NCBI GenBank assembly: GCA_003344405.1
Contig: NOWV01000214.1
Coordinates: 62,001 to 120,563 of the forward strand
Length of the DNA: 58,563 nt
Direction of reading: 5' to 3'
DNA from: Trichoplax sp. H2
Lineage: Eukaryota
The notes beneath the pieces were generated by a model. That model searched no databases, was not told the origin of the DNA, and was given only the letters and a program-made list of their open reading frames with translations. Numbering within the stretch: the first letter of the stretch is position 1; every line of letters begins with the position of its first letter. Made by a program: the position numbers and the translations under genes. This document shows, one piece after another, positions 1 to 13,225 of this stretch.

Positions 1-1364
1 TAACATTAAACAATGTTAGTAAGCAATTATTTTACCAGTAAATCCTGTTATCATTTACCTTTCATCCAGATATTCAAAAACATACGCACGCAGTATTAAG
101 TCCGAAACGCTTCTATGATTAATTGAGCTGAATATCTCTCCACCGTCAGAATATATACTCTAATATCACGTAGAAATTGACTACTACTGATGAATAATGC
201 TCATAATCAATCCATTAGTTATTTATAACGATAGCTTTTATGAATGATAGATAAATAGAAATGACATCAAATTATCCATAAATGATTGAAAAATTTAAAG
301 TGAATAATAAAGCCAAGTGCTAATATCCTAGGTAGACGTAGGTAAGAAATTGCTCATTATTATTATTTATAGGCATTTGATAGTGGCTATTAAATCATTC
401 CATGAATACGGTAAAGGATCTTTATTTCGATTTAAAATTCATTTCATTCAAGATTTACAATTTTATCCTTTTTTTATATAGTTAAAAACAGGTGCAGATT
501 ACACGATCGATTTTATGGTCGATATAAAATAATTATAATTTACAAGGTATATCTGCCTAGCTTAACATTAAAAATAATTGATCATGATATAAAACTAACA
601 TAGAAATAATCTGTTATCTTTTACGAGTTTATAACTTCGTAAGTAATCAATTACTATAGAACATTCGTGTAATGGAGACAGCAATTAAAATAGCTGGCAA
701 AGGCAAGTAAAGCTTATCAAGACAAAGCCATATTTCAATTACAAGAAAGCGCTTTAATATCATAAAACGTGGCAAAGCATCAGTCATTTATAAAAAATAA
801 AAAAATATCAAGGTAGGATTATCCCTCAGCTATCCATCAAGCCATTGACGCTAAGAGGAGAGATATCAAGTTAGCAATTATGGATGGAACAAAGATTGAT
901 GAAATAACGTAAAGCTACCAGGCATTTCTAGGTGAGATCAAGCAATTACCATAAATAATAAAAATAAAATCTTTTGACGTAGTAAACGAGGAATAATGTT
1001 CCTAATTATCTACCAGGACTGCACATGGGTCGATACTGGGTGAAAACACGTCGTTTAGAACAGACAGAAAAAGATTCATGAAGGTATCTCAATTCGGTGA
1101 GGTAGATTTAATAGATTGGTAGACGGGGTATATACGGTTAGATATTTTTTTGTAGTACTTTGCCTACCTCTTTACATAAACAACTTATATGGGTATATTC
1201 TAGAAATTGGAATGAAATATAAATTAATGGACAAGTGAAAACTTAAATCAACAGCCTATGCACAAAGGGTTACAGCAATTACGCTATCCAAAATATTTCA
1301 AAAATGATCTTCATCAACAATTTCATGTAATAGTCAGTTTTGGATATGAACAGTAGTAGCTGGT

Positions 1365-4300
1365 CTATATCAAAATAGAACCATCTAGATCATAATTGAA
1401 GGAGGCTGATTTTCCCTCCTCTGAATTCTGACTGAGAGTGCTAGGACTTCGGCTTACTTGGTAAGCTTTCGATAACAGCTGATTTATCTGCAATTTATAT
1501 TTTTCCAACGCATTCTGATCCAATCCTTTCTCGCTATAAATAGCGACCAAGGTATCCAATAATTCATACATTTTCGATGTTATAGGTACAGACTGAAATA
1601 AAATCATATCGGAATCGGATTCTTCTTTCTCTAATGTAGTTGCGGTGGTTGTCGGCATCTCACGCTCTAACGAGGAGGCTAACCCTTTAATTTTAGCCCA
1701 TGTTGCTTTAGATGGATTATCAATTAATCTCCTACAGTATTCCAAGATATTGACCAACGGATCGATATAACTAGCCAAGTGAGTGGATGAATCAGAGCGA
1801 ACCATATCGTTAACTTCTTGGCAATGTTGACGAATATCGTCGATAGTTTCATTGAGGATACGCACTGATTGACGAGTAGTTTTGCCACGCTGTAATAATT
1901 CTGCAGCATGGTGTAATCCATGGCAGGCAGTTCGACGTGCTTTCTGCTGTCCTGACAATATTAATGACTTTTCTGTACTTTGCAATGTATGCTGAGGCAA
2001 TTTACTAAATGGAATAGCCAGTTTTCGTTTGCAAATTTTATTGGTGAATAAATCACGATAGACTAATTCTATTGTCACCGCTGTTTGATCTTGTAATGAT
2101 TGCAAATCGGTAGAAGGTAGCTTGAGATAGCATGATAAATGTTTCACCATAGATTCAGCTAAATCATGGATGTAATATTCAACATGTTGGCATTCTTTAG
2201 TAGTTGCATCTGGTTGACCAAGCTGATTTGGTGGATTATAATCTACAGTGTCATCATCATCACAACACATAAAATTACACATCATCTTGCTTTTATTCAT
2301 TTGAATGCCATGATGGCAATCGATGTATAGTTTAATATCACTTGCTACGGCTGTTTTACGTAAAATGATGGGTTTAATCATATCTAGCTCAATGCTGGAT
2401 GAATCATCAATAAAGTAAAAGGCATCGCTTGAAAATTCTTCACTAATTCGATAGAGTAAATTATGCCGATGGCGACCTGAAGCACAAGTGGTAATGTTGA
2501 CATGATTCCCTTTGCCCATGAGTCCCATTTGATCAATCATTTTGTTAATTAATTTCGATGGATTAATAATGCCTTCATTCGCATCACCATCGCTAAAAAT
2601 GACCATACTGTTTTGATAGTTTTTACGAACCCTATAATGAAATATGGAAATGATCAGTATCGAAGCTATTTCATTAAATTTCCTTATTAATAAACACGTA
2701 GTATTTCCAGTATTATTTACAATTGCTCCATACTTGTACAAAATGTTAAGTTACAATTTAATTTTTATTACAATGAATTTCCAATACGGAAAAAGTTTTA
2801 AGACTTTATTCTGCTAGTTTAGACAATGCTTTCACTCTATTGAATTATTGGGTATAATTATCCCATCGCAACATGATACAGTATCAGCCATAATCGAAAG
2901 ATGAAAGTTTTGTAATGGCTGGCTCTATAAATGGATGGTTAGCACTAATTATCCTATCTTGAATTGGTGCAACATCAGATCCACTCGATGGTTGAGAGTT
3001 GTATGGTAATGCAAAGTTAGAATTTAATATTACGGTACTAGTTAAATTCATAATCACTAATAATTATAATAATTACAGTATGTAATACATTTATGCAAAT
3101 TATAGTATTTATGCTCTGCAGTACAGTATAGTAACAATAACGCCATTGATAACATGGATAGACTAAAGAAAGGCAAATAGAGAACACAATAGCACGATCA
3201 CTAAATGTTTTAGATAAACTAAGATAAGGCAAGATAAGACAAGATAAGACAAGATAATGTTTAAATATTACTTTTGCACTGAAAACTGTAATAACCGAGG
3301 GCTTAGTAGCCTATCGTTTGTCTATAGCAGTCATGGTATTTAATCATTGAAATAGAATCAGTTTAATAATTGCAGTCAGTGTGCAACTTACCCGGTCAGT
3401 TTCTCACGACAAAATAAATTAATGGCTTCTTCTATGCCGGCGCTGAGATTAGTCCCTCCAAAGGGTTGAATATTGTTTATAATCTTCAATGCCATAGCCT
3501 GTCAACGGTAATTGCATCAATGTTAACTTTGTTATACTTGGCGGTATCGTTTCTTGCTATTGGCGGTTAATTTATGCCATAGCATTATCTAAAATGTTAG
3601 AATACTTTATTCTAGCTATTTTAGACGTATGCCTACTATAGGCTTTTGATAAATTCGTTTAATAGAAGCGATGCTAACAAAGAACATGCTAAATGAAGAA
3701 CTTTAGAATAAACCTGTACTGTTTGTACTGGATGTTTACAATCTGCATCGCTTATATCGGTGCTTTTGAAATGTCAAAAATAAAACTACTTACTGAATAT
3801 ACATATCACAAAAAGCAGTTCTTAGAGGTCAGTGATATCATGCTAAGTAGTCATGAAAGAATTATACCGCAGCATGATATGAATATAGTGTACATGTGTC
3901 AAAGACTAATTGTAAATCAACCTCTTCAACGATATAACGAATCATTATATAAACAGTTACGTCCAGAAAATTTCTCTTCAAGTAAAAGAGGAGAAAAACG
4001 GTACCTTGCAAGCAAAACTGTTTCTACAGTCATTGTGTAAGAAGGATAGTTTAAAAAGGAAATAGAAGGGTACATTATCTTTGCTAAGGTCATAAACTGG
4101 TAATTATAGTTTTAAATCATTCATAGTCATCATCATTGTGATAAATTTAGGAATCACAGAGATTGCATGAAATTGCAGACAGTGTAATCAAGTAGAAAGT
4201 CTTTATAGTCATAAATGGATGAAAACATCAAAGTATTGATTATTTTTGTTGTTGGATGAACAGGGAATAAAATTTATAATTTTACTTTCATCACTTCCTC

Positions 4301-5945
4301 GCAGCAGTATTACATCAAAAAGTAGAATAAAAAGAAATAAAGGAAGAATATGCCTTAGTCGGTACTCTTAAAGGCCGGCCGTCTTGGCCACAATTGTTCT
4401 ACAGACTGAATTGATTGTTTCTGATTTGAATAGATTTAACTTAAAACACTGCTGGTGATTATCACGATATTATATTTACTAATATAATTTCCTATAATAT
4501 CGTGATCAAAACGCAATTTAGATGAAGTTAATTGCTTCAGGAAAAATTCAATTATCTATAGTCATTTTAATTTATTCCGATTACGCAATAGTGTATTCAA
4601 ATCATAGCTAGATGATTTCATTAATTGATTTGAATAATGTATATATATAACATATATAATAAGAAGATGGTAGAAATCTCTGAAGTGTTGTCTTAACATC
4701 ATAGAAAGTAGTTAAGGTTACGAAAGAATTGTTATTAATTATTTGTTGGACGATTAGAAAGCAAAGTATTATCGAGAATATAACCCTTGACAACTAGGAA
4801 ATAGTTTATAATAAACGTAGGGTGATAGAATTTGTAGTATTATTTAGTTAATATATGCATATGCTTAGAAATGAGGTTTTATGGTCTAATTTGGAATTAT
4901 GTACAGTAATATTCGTATATCAAAGTATCGTCAAATGGTTGATGTAGATCGATCTACTTTAATTTCGTAGGATAACGAATCTTTGGAAATTCTTTATCTA
5001 ATAGGATGTACAAATATGGTATATCTTGTCTTGTTTCAATCATCGCTTCTACTGTACCCGTTGATTATTATACTACATGCTATCTACCGGTACTTCCTAT
5101 GGCTTGTAATTCTCAACTCGATGTCATCAAATTAATTTAGCAGTGATGCAGGCTATAGGAAATTCTTTCATTATTTTCTAGCATAGGTAACTATTTTAAA
5201 TTATTGTAATGATAGACATTTACTGCAGCCTAATGAATCGGATTATAACCTCACTCTTGATAGTTTGTTGAATATAGACTAGTTCAAGTTGAAAAGTAAT
5301 TTATTAGGATTGTTACTATACCTTGCCATCCGGTGACATATCTCTTAACCCCATCTCTAATTGTGCATCGGAAGCAAACGTAACTATGGCAAGTTCGTCG
5401 TTTTCATCCAGTAAATGATTGACAATTAATTCGGTATACAATTTCATGCTGTCAATTTTCGTTACTTTATCAGGTTGGCCTCGATCTTTCCTTGCCGGAG
5501 GATATTGCATACTAGAGCTTCGATCAATAACTAAGACTAGTCGTATTGGAACATAGCGTTTGATCGATTCTAAGTCCGTTGTTAATTCACTTTTAACACC
5601 CATTGTTAGTAAGACTTCAACCTAAAATTGCATCCGATTAGCATATAATGAGAAGAAATAAATAAGTAAATAAATGGATAACTTATTCCTCTCCCTGATA
5701 CATGATAAACATTTGAAGATACTCTTCTTATATCAAGATATTAACAGTATCAGTAATTTTTTATAAGGTTACAGCTAAATATGACCACCTCTATTATTGA
5801 TTGTTACCTCATCATCCAATTTAGTATAATTGCAAGAAATGGATACATCAGATAGGCTACTTTGGCTCGATGGACTATTTACGGCATCGAAGCCTTTATC
5901 GCTACTACTTGTTGAATTTTCACGCGATCGCTGTTCCAAAACCAT
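1365..5945 (-). CDS. von Willebrand factor A (vWA) domain protein, ~603 aa, 4 exons (5808-5945, 5322-5621, 3392-3498, 1365-2631)
   Basis: GT-AG introns join in frame: MVLEQRSRENS...KLDDE|VEVLLTMGVK...PIRLVLVIDRSSSM (MIDAS DxSxS)...DELAIVTFASDA...DGK|AMALKIINNIQPFGGTNLSAGIEEA...|VRKNYQNSMVIFSDGDANEG, then a long C-terminal region. Exons total 1812 nt. Confidence 0.85.
3221..3257. repeat. 10-bp tandem repeat (AAGATAAGAC), ~3.7 copies, intronic
   Basis: Sequence reads aagataaggc aagataagac aagataagac aagataa. Confidence 0.8.
4461..4506. repeat. Perfect 14-bp inverted repeat with 18-nt spacer, in a vWA gene intron
   Basis: ATCACGATATTATA (4461-4474) and TATAATATCGTGAT (4493-4506). Confidence 0.8.
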
Positions 5946-6836
5946 GTTGATATTGGGAGGAATCCAAGGGATGGAATAGAGTACTTTGGGAGTAGTTGTA
6001 AGATGGAAAAATTCAAGTAAGAAATAAAACTGGCAAAGTCAGTTCCTTCTGAGACAGTAGGATAGAATGAGTAAAATTCACCCAAAGAGAATAGTGTCCA
6101 AAATTTGACGGTAAAACTGTAAACCAAGTCAAGAGTAGAAAAATGTCCAATATAAAATGTTCAATGCTGTGACTGTAGTAATGCTAGCCCTCAATATTGT
6201 GGCCAATATTAATATTTACGGCGAGCTGTAATGATTATGGACGTTAACCTTGAGCAAATTTTTGCTGATATTTATTTGGCAATGTACGGTAGATCACTCG
6301 TGTCAAGAAATGATGATGCTTGCAGTATTCAACTATTAGGTGATCTTAGGCTCTTGATGATGTTGTTGTTTTTGTTTATAACACGGTATAATGGAGTTAT
6401 TTCTTGCAGTCTAGACTACAAGTAGCATAGTTCAGCTAATACAATAAATAATTGATTGACAGAAATCCTTTAATTGAGTTTATCATGCAAATTTTCTCCG
6501 GAACACTATATCACGTCAAGCTATTATTACGAAGGATAATTATGCGCCAGTTATTTCTATTTAGCTTATTCTTTTTTGTTTGTTGGTGTATTGTAATTGT
6601 ATAAAATTGAACGTCAGATTTCAATGTTAACTTTTATTGACTTTAAACTTATTTTACGAATGTTTCTATCGTGTGATGCAATCGTTTTAGTGCTTTTTTA
6701 CTAAAAAATAGATAATTTCTTGAGGTTGACGTTGACCACAGTTCTAATGCCAGAACTAATTATAGAACTATTTTGCGGTCTAGTTGTTTCATTTTATGAT
6801 GTAAATTCGATTCTAAAGGTCATTATTCGATGTAGG

Positions 6837-6879
6837 CCATGGACTACTAGAAAAAGATCTTTTTTCTTGTAGTCCGTGG
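6837..6879. repeat. Near-perfect 43-bp palindrome
   Basis: CCATGGACTACTAGAAAAAGA followed by TCTTTTTTCTTGTAGTCCGTGG. Confidence 0.75.
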
Positions 6880-9800
6880 ATGTGCCCATAACACTTGCAA
6901 TCAATATGAAAAATTTTGTAAGAAAATTGTTGATTTCCTCAAGCTGATACGAGTTGAATAACTAAATTGTGATCATAACTAGTTACTAGCTTCTTTCAAC
7001 AGGGGAGAGTGTATCGCTATCGATAAGGACATCGTGTGAATTAATAAATTCATCGATTACGACGAAGGAATTATTTTATTGAGACTCCGGATAAATTGTG
7101 TACATGGTTGTCATATTTCTTCTCCCTTCTAATGACTTATTTATTTAATAGCTACTCTAAAAAGTAGAGACAAAACATATAATCGGTACACAGCAGTCAT
7201 AAATAAACATGCGAACATTTTCTTGTAGATTACATCCACATAACTATTTCTATTGGATCAATTCATCGATAGACATATTTTTGTCAATAGGATCTTGAAT
7301 CAATCTTGAAAGCCGACTTCTTATGATATTTCCTCGCCCATAATACATGAAAGCTATTGTAATCAAGTTTATTCGCTCTGTCTCAAGGCAAATTAACTTG
7401 TACTAATCAATAGACATTACTTTGATTTAATGATTCAATCTTAATTATTATCCAAATGATAATTGATCGTCGTCCTTGCATAGAATGAATACAAAGAAAG
7501 ATATAGCTTCATTTTAAAATGGCTCTAATTTATGTCCATAGCAGTTCTATTATACGGCAATTAATTCTTTTCAATGATAGATTGCATTAATTGAATAGTT
7601 TAATCAGGAAATCATGTTCTCGTTTAATTCCTTTCATGCTGGTTTAATTTGCTAGAATAAGAGAACAATAATGATGGCTTATATTGTTATCTTTGACGCC
7701 AATCTTTAAAAAATGACACACATTTCAAGACAATCAACACCAAGATAGGATAAGATCTTTCTTTAAGCTGATGTAATATCGATTACTTGTGATTACTGGT
7801 GATTCCTTTGATTCATGGATAAAGAATACTGTTTAGAAATAGGATCAACATCGCAGGTGGAAGGTAGAAAGATGCTCGGTTTTGGACTGTTAACTTTAAG
7901 AACCATTTCATATTTAATTTTAGGTAGAAAACAATGTCAACATATCTTTTGATATGCTACAGTATGGATAAGCTGATTAGAATAGTTGATGCAAATATAA
8001 CCGGAAGATGACCGTGGATTAAATATTAAAATTTCTTTTACTTTAATCATCCTGAATGTTAATAAAGTATCTACATTGAAAGAGTAAGACATCGATTTTT
8101 AGTCAAGGTCACTATATTAAGATCAAAAGTTCTTCTATTCAATTTAAAAAACATACCCTATATTATATACAAATTATGGACTAAAAATTTACGTAAGGCT
8201 ACCTTGACTTTTAACCTCATGCTATCTTATTCTTTTCTTAACTATTGTTTTAAAAGAAGTTTCTTGTTGATGTGGAAGACAAGCAATTGAGAAAATGGCA
8301 GCAAAACATGAAGAGGGCTAACAAATACAGAGAAAATATGTCAATGCTACTACGTATATGTTATGTTAATTTCTAACCTCATTCAACAATTACCGTACTA
8401 AATCAGAATAAATTTCAAATATCTTTATGCAAGGCTATTAAAATATGAAATGATTATGAGAAGTAATTTTTGCTATATTTCAACCATCCCTGGATTTGCT
8501 TAAGATTTTAAATACTATTACAGTTTAACTATATTTTACAATTTATTTATAGTTCTATTCAATAACTGTTACTAAATAGAAATATTATTGAAGTATGTCG
8601 TAGCAGAACCATCAAAGCAGAGTGATGACATTAGGACCAATTTATTCTAGGTACCCAGGGTCCTGCTATACTATAATAATAAATAACTTAAAATATGCAT
8701 TCTGCTTTGGATAAAAGATTTCCTTCACTCTAATCTATTTTAAAGTTTACATTTGACTCCATTTGGTATCTATATGTATGACTATTACACGTAAAATTAA
8801 TAAAATAAAATGATGATACGGATATTATTTTAAGCCTTATATCGACGATCCTTATAATGATGAAGCTAGACGACCTGTTCTGGCTTTTTCCTACTTCTTT
8901 TAATGATGAGTTTAACGTTCTATAAGAAACTATCAAAATAAATAAGTTAAATTAATCATAACAGCAAATTCTTAACAATTGCTAGCCGCCAGCGATATAT
9001 CATGTAATTTATCCTTAATTCATTCAGAATCGAACAACAATTATGTATAATACTTTTGATACTTTGATGCTTATTAAAGGGAAGTAGCTCCATGTTAGTA
9101 TGAAAATAGTGTAGTGGTAATATATGTTTTCTCTCATAGTCTACATTTTATTTGATAGAATAGAATAGTGTTTCTATATTGGTTGACTTAGACAATAGTA
9201 TTCGTAAATCATTTTTAGTATATAACAGTACCCTATTGAAAATGATGAAAGTCTATCATTTTAATTTATTATTTCTTAGAGAGAATAAAATACTGATCAT
9301 TTTAACGTCTCCAATTATGCGAAAGTATTTCACTTAGCCGTAAAATGAATTCTTCTCTAATGTATCATATCATGAAGGACAATAACATTGGACATGATGG
9401 CGATTACTTCGTCGAGACAGTCGTATTCATAATTTATTTATGAAGGCATCTCGAAACAATTAAATTGATTCAATGATGACTAGAACAGCTTCAAGATTTA
9501 ATTACCAGGAAATAAATTCAGACTCTTACTTTGCATTTAAGGACTTGTAGTTGTAAAAGACAACAGCTTGGTCGAATACTAGTAGGCTACTAGACATCAA
9601 CACTTTATGATATGGGGAATTTTTCGTCGCATTTCTATAGATCGTTAAATGTGGAAAATAAACAAAACAACTGATGAAATAAAACGTCAAAGAAGATTAA
9701 TAGAAAATGAATAGGTAGTAAATTTTTGCCTTTGCTGTTAGGCGACAGATTCATCGTTGTAAGAGATCAAATTGGTGAATTAAGTATCACAACTAAACTA

Positions 9801-10909
9801 CAATGTACATCTATCTTTGCTATACTAATTGGATTTTAAAGGATTTATTATTGGACTTCCTCACCTGCGTAAGCAATAATTCGGATGACGTAAATATTAT
9901 AGCCTTCTTCACTTCAAGATCATCTCTAAATCTTAAATTGAAGAATTTTTATATGCTACACTATTCTAAAACCTAGAGGGACCGATAATTCAAATGGTCA
10001 CAAAATTGAAACTTTCATCCAATCTTATTATAAAAATTAAATATTCGCGGTCATCATATTGACTTTCTGTTCTTAAATCTATATTGACACTAATTCTCTA
10101 TTAATTTAACTGGAATACGAAGCCCTGTTTTCGAATAGAATTTGTTTTTAAGAAGTGAGGAAATAGCCTAAATTAGATTAAGATGGTAGTAATCTATCAA
10201 TGTTGTTGATCTTGAATTTAAATTTCGTTTACTCCTCCCTATTCATGATTAATAAACAACTTATTTCAAATAATAGCTGACTACAGGCCACCGAAATGGA
10301 TCAAAATTAGAGGATGATGATCACAATTCGCATAACCGTTTTTTGACCCTGAACTAGACTATAGTTTGGTAATTCTATTACGTCAATGCAACAAATAAAA
10401 TTTTTAGTTTAGAATAACTATTATAGAAATTAATTCAAATTATGAACAAAAATAAAACTCATGAGCAACAATATCCATGTTAATTGTGGTTCTACATTAA
10501 ACCTTATTTGTTTTGCTTCATGCCAAAAGCAACAGGTAGTTCTAAACAAGTCGATAGCCAGTCGGAATGATACTAGAATTGAAAAATGATTCAAAAAGTT
10601 GAAAAGATTTTCTAATTTATGCAATAATTTTTATGACGTGATTACCAATTCTAGGCCCATTTTATGACGTCATAGCCATCTATAAATGCAGAAATAAATT
10701 AGTAAATAAGTGACTAATCAATGGTGGAGTAAACAAATTGGGCACTTCAATTTCTTTTTTTTTGATAGAAATTATCCCCATTATTATTTATCATGAGTAG
10801 CAGGTCGTTGTTGTTGTTAATGACTTCATAATTTGTCAACAAGGATTAATTTGTATCCAATTAGTAACTAATTGTAGGGAGTCATCTGATATTTAGAGAA
10901 ATAGTTTAA

Positions 10910-11800
10910 TGATAGTTATGGATAGAGATAAAGATATTGGCAATAGAATCATGCCATATTACCATATTTAGTATGTGGCGAATCTTCTAATAACTACGAT
11001 GGTAATTTAGTGTTTATTAAGAATAGTTAAAAAGGTGATCATGGTGATAAAGGCGTACTGTATTCTCATAGTTAGTGTCTAGTGAGTGTAATAAAAGCTA
11101 GAGTAGCTTAGTCTTAGATATGAATAGAGAAGACATTTGCAATAAAATCCTATCGTATTGTCATATTTATTACGTGGAGAGTCTTCTGATGACTATAGGT
11201 GGTAGTTTAGTATTAGATAAGGATAGTTAAGAAGATGATTATGGTAATAGACTCATACTGCATTCTTATGGTTAGTGTGTAGTGAGTCTAGCAAAAGCTA
11301 CAATATTCGTTTAGTATTAGTCATGGATAGAAAAGAAGAAGATATTGACAAAAGCATCTACTATATTATCATTTTTTGATACGTGGAAAGTCTTCTAATG
11401 GCTACCGTTAGTACTTTAGTATTAGTTAAGGATAGTTTAAGAAAATAATCACGGCGGTAGACTTATACTATATTCTCATTTCTAGTGTATAGTGAGTCTA
11501 ATAGAGCTAGAGCAGTCTTCTAGTGTTAGTTATGGACAGGGAAGAGGAAGATATTGTCAACAGAATCATGTTAGCTTGTCATATTTAGTATGTGGAAAGT
11601 TCTCTAATGACTACAGTTGGTAGTTCAATATTAGTTAGAGATAGTTAAGAAGATGATTGAGGCAATAGACTCATATTATATTCTCATGTTTAGTGTGCAT
11701 TGAGGCTACTAAAAGCTAAAGCAGTTATTTATTATTACTTAGGAATAGAAAAGAAGAAGATAGTGGTGATAAATTATACGCTATTTCCATGGCTAGTATA
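10910..11800. repeat. Diverged tandem repeat, unit ~200-210 bp, ~4.3 copies
   Basis: Anchor motif ATAGTTAAGAAGATGAT...ACTCATACT.TATTCTCAT..TTAGTGT.TAGTGAG...AAAAGCTA recurs near 11021, 11221, 11431 and 11640. A second motif (TA.GTGGAAAGTCTTCT.ATGACTA) recurs near 10972, 11171, 11379 and 11589. No ORF of 60 aa or more. Confidence 0.85.
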
Positions 11801-13225
11801 AATGATAGTAATGAAAGAAATGTCTCTTTTTGCCTAAAAGTACAGTAGGACTTTATAGATATCGATAATAAAATAATTTGAATTCATAATCATTTTTCAA
11901 TAGATAACATTCGTAATTATTAAAAATCTTATAAATGGCATTAATCTTAACCTCTTCTATATAGAAATTGAGTACTGGAATAAATAAGATAATACTGAAA
12001 ATACCATCGATATTATAATGCTCCAACAGTAAAGTTGTTGCTTTATATTTTCGCAATTGATATCTTTATTAATTATCGCACAAATATTTGTGTATTGTTA
12101 TTACGAGATGATTAAATAAATAATATTACCTTTAGCTTAATTTTATTTAGGCTCACGGAACTTTGTAAAAACGCGTATAGATACCATAGTAGCGAGCTTA
12201 TTTGCAATAGTTAATCTTCATCCGGATTGACGAGTATTGCATCGAACTACGATAATTTTACATTTAAGCATGGCTATATTTGAAATATACTCCATAAGAT
12301 TAAATTGAAATGACTAGTTTATTATATACTAATATCACAGTAGCTTACTTGGTATGACTACAGGGCCATCATTTCTAATTCTATGTATACGGTGAGCCTT
12401 CTTTTTATATTAACTGTAAAACTCAGGTAACGAAATTGTCCTAGGATAGTTGTCTAGTAATTATCCTTTATCTTGATTGGAAAGGTATTTAATAAAAGCA
12501 TTGGTCTTGCATATTGTATGAATGTAGTCACAACATACATACCTGATATTAGACAGTAATATGCAGATTACTACCTACAGTATTAGTAAGTTTCATTTAT
12601 TAAAAGCTGCAGTCATTTTTATACCTCAACTTATTCATTCAAATATATTTTTTAAGAAATAGTAGTATAAGATAGATTGAGTCCAATTTCCATTCAGATC
12701 AACAGCCCCAAGCTATTTCCATATATGAAATCGGTATTTATCGAAATCGTTTGCAAGTAATCGTAATGTATATCGTGAATACAAAGTAAGAAATGATATT
12801 TTATATCATAAGTCTATGTAGATCTTGTTGAAAATAAAGCAATTCTGCTTCTATTTATCGAAATGTACATTCCTTCTGGTATAAAACTGAGTCGAAGCTA
12901 CGTCTTTGTTGTTGGAGCTCTAGGATATATGTGAGGGCAGTATTAATATTTATCTATTTAACCGGTATTTATGTATGTGCTCTAAAAGTCGGTTCTTCGT
13001 AATTGTAACATGTATTTTAGCAATTCTACTCCTTGTAGTTGCTTAGGTTTTACAACCCCTTATGCATTAAATCTATTGTTACAAGTTTCCTAATTTACTA
13101 CAAGATCCTTTTGAAAATGATATGCGACCGTACTATAACTAATTATTAAACCTATTCAACTGATCATGTTAACTTATCCGCCATATATATATGTGTAATA
13201 AAATTGATCGGATGAAAAATTGATC

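Noticed and set aside
2632..2741. N-terminal 36 aa of the 458-aa ORF
   Set aside because: Intronic read-through upstream of the acceptor at 2632-2633.
3693..4040. 115-aa plus-strand ORF inside the vWA intron
   Set aside because: No recognisable domain and AT-rich composition; consistent with a chance ORF.
5879..6127. 82-aa ORF, or a possible frameshift at the vWA gene start
   Set aside because: On recount the real exon 1 (ATG at 5945) is continuous to the donor at 5807; the listed ORF is a different overlapping frame.
10639..10676. Two CRE-like TGACGT(CA) sites
   Set aside because: Short motifs far from any identified gene start; indistinguishable from chance.
10910..11800. Repeat array as a possible CRISPR
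   Set aside because: Whole ~205-bp units are homologous, with no unique spacers and no cas genes, in a eukaryotic context.
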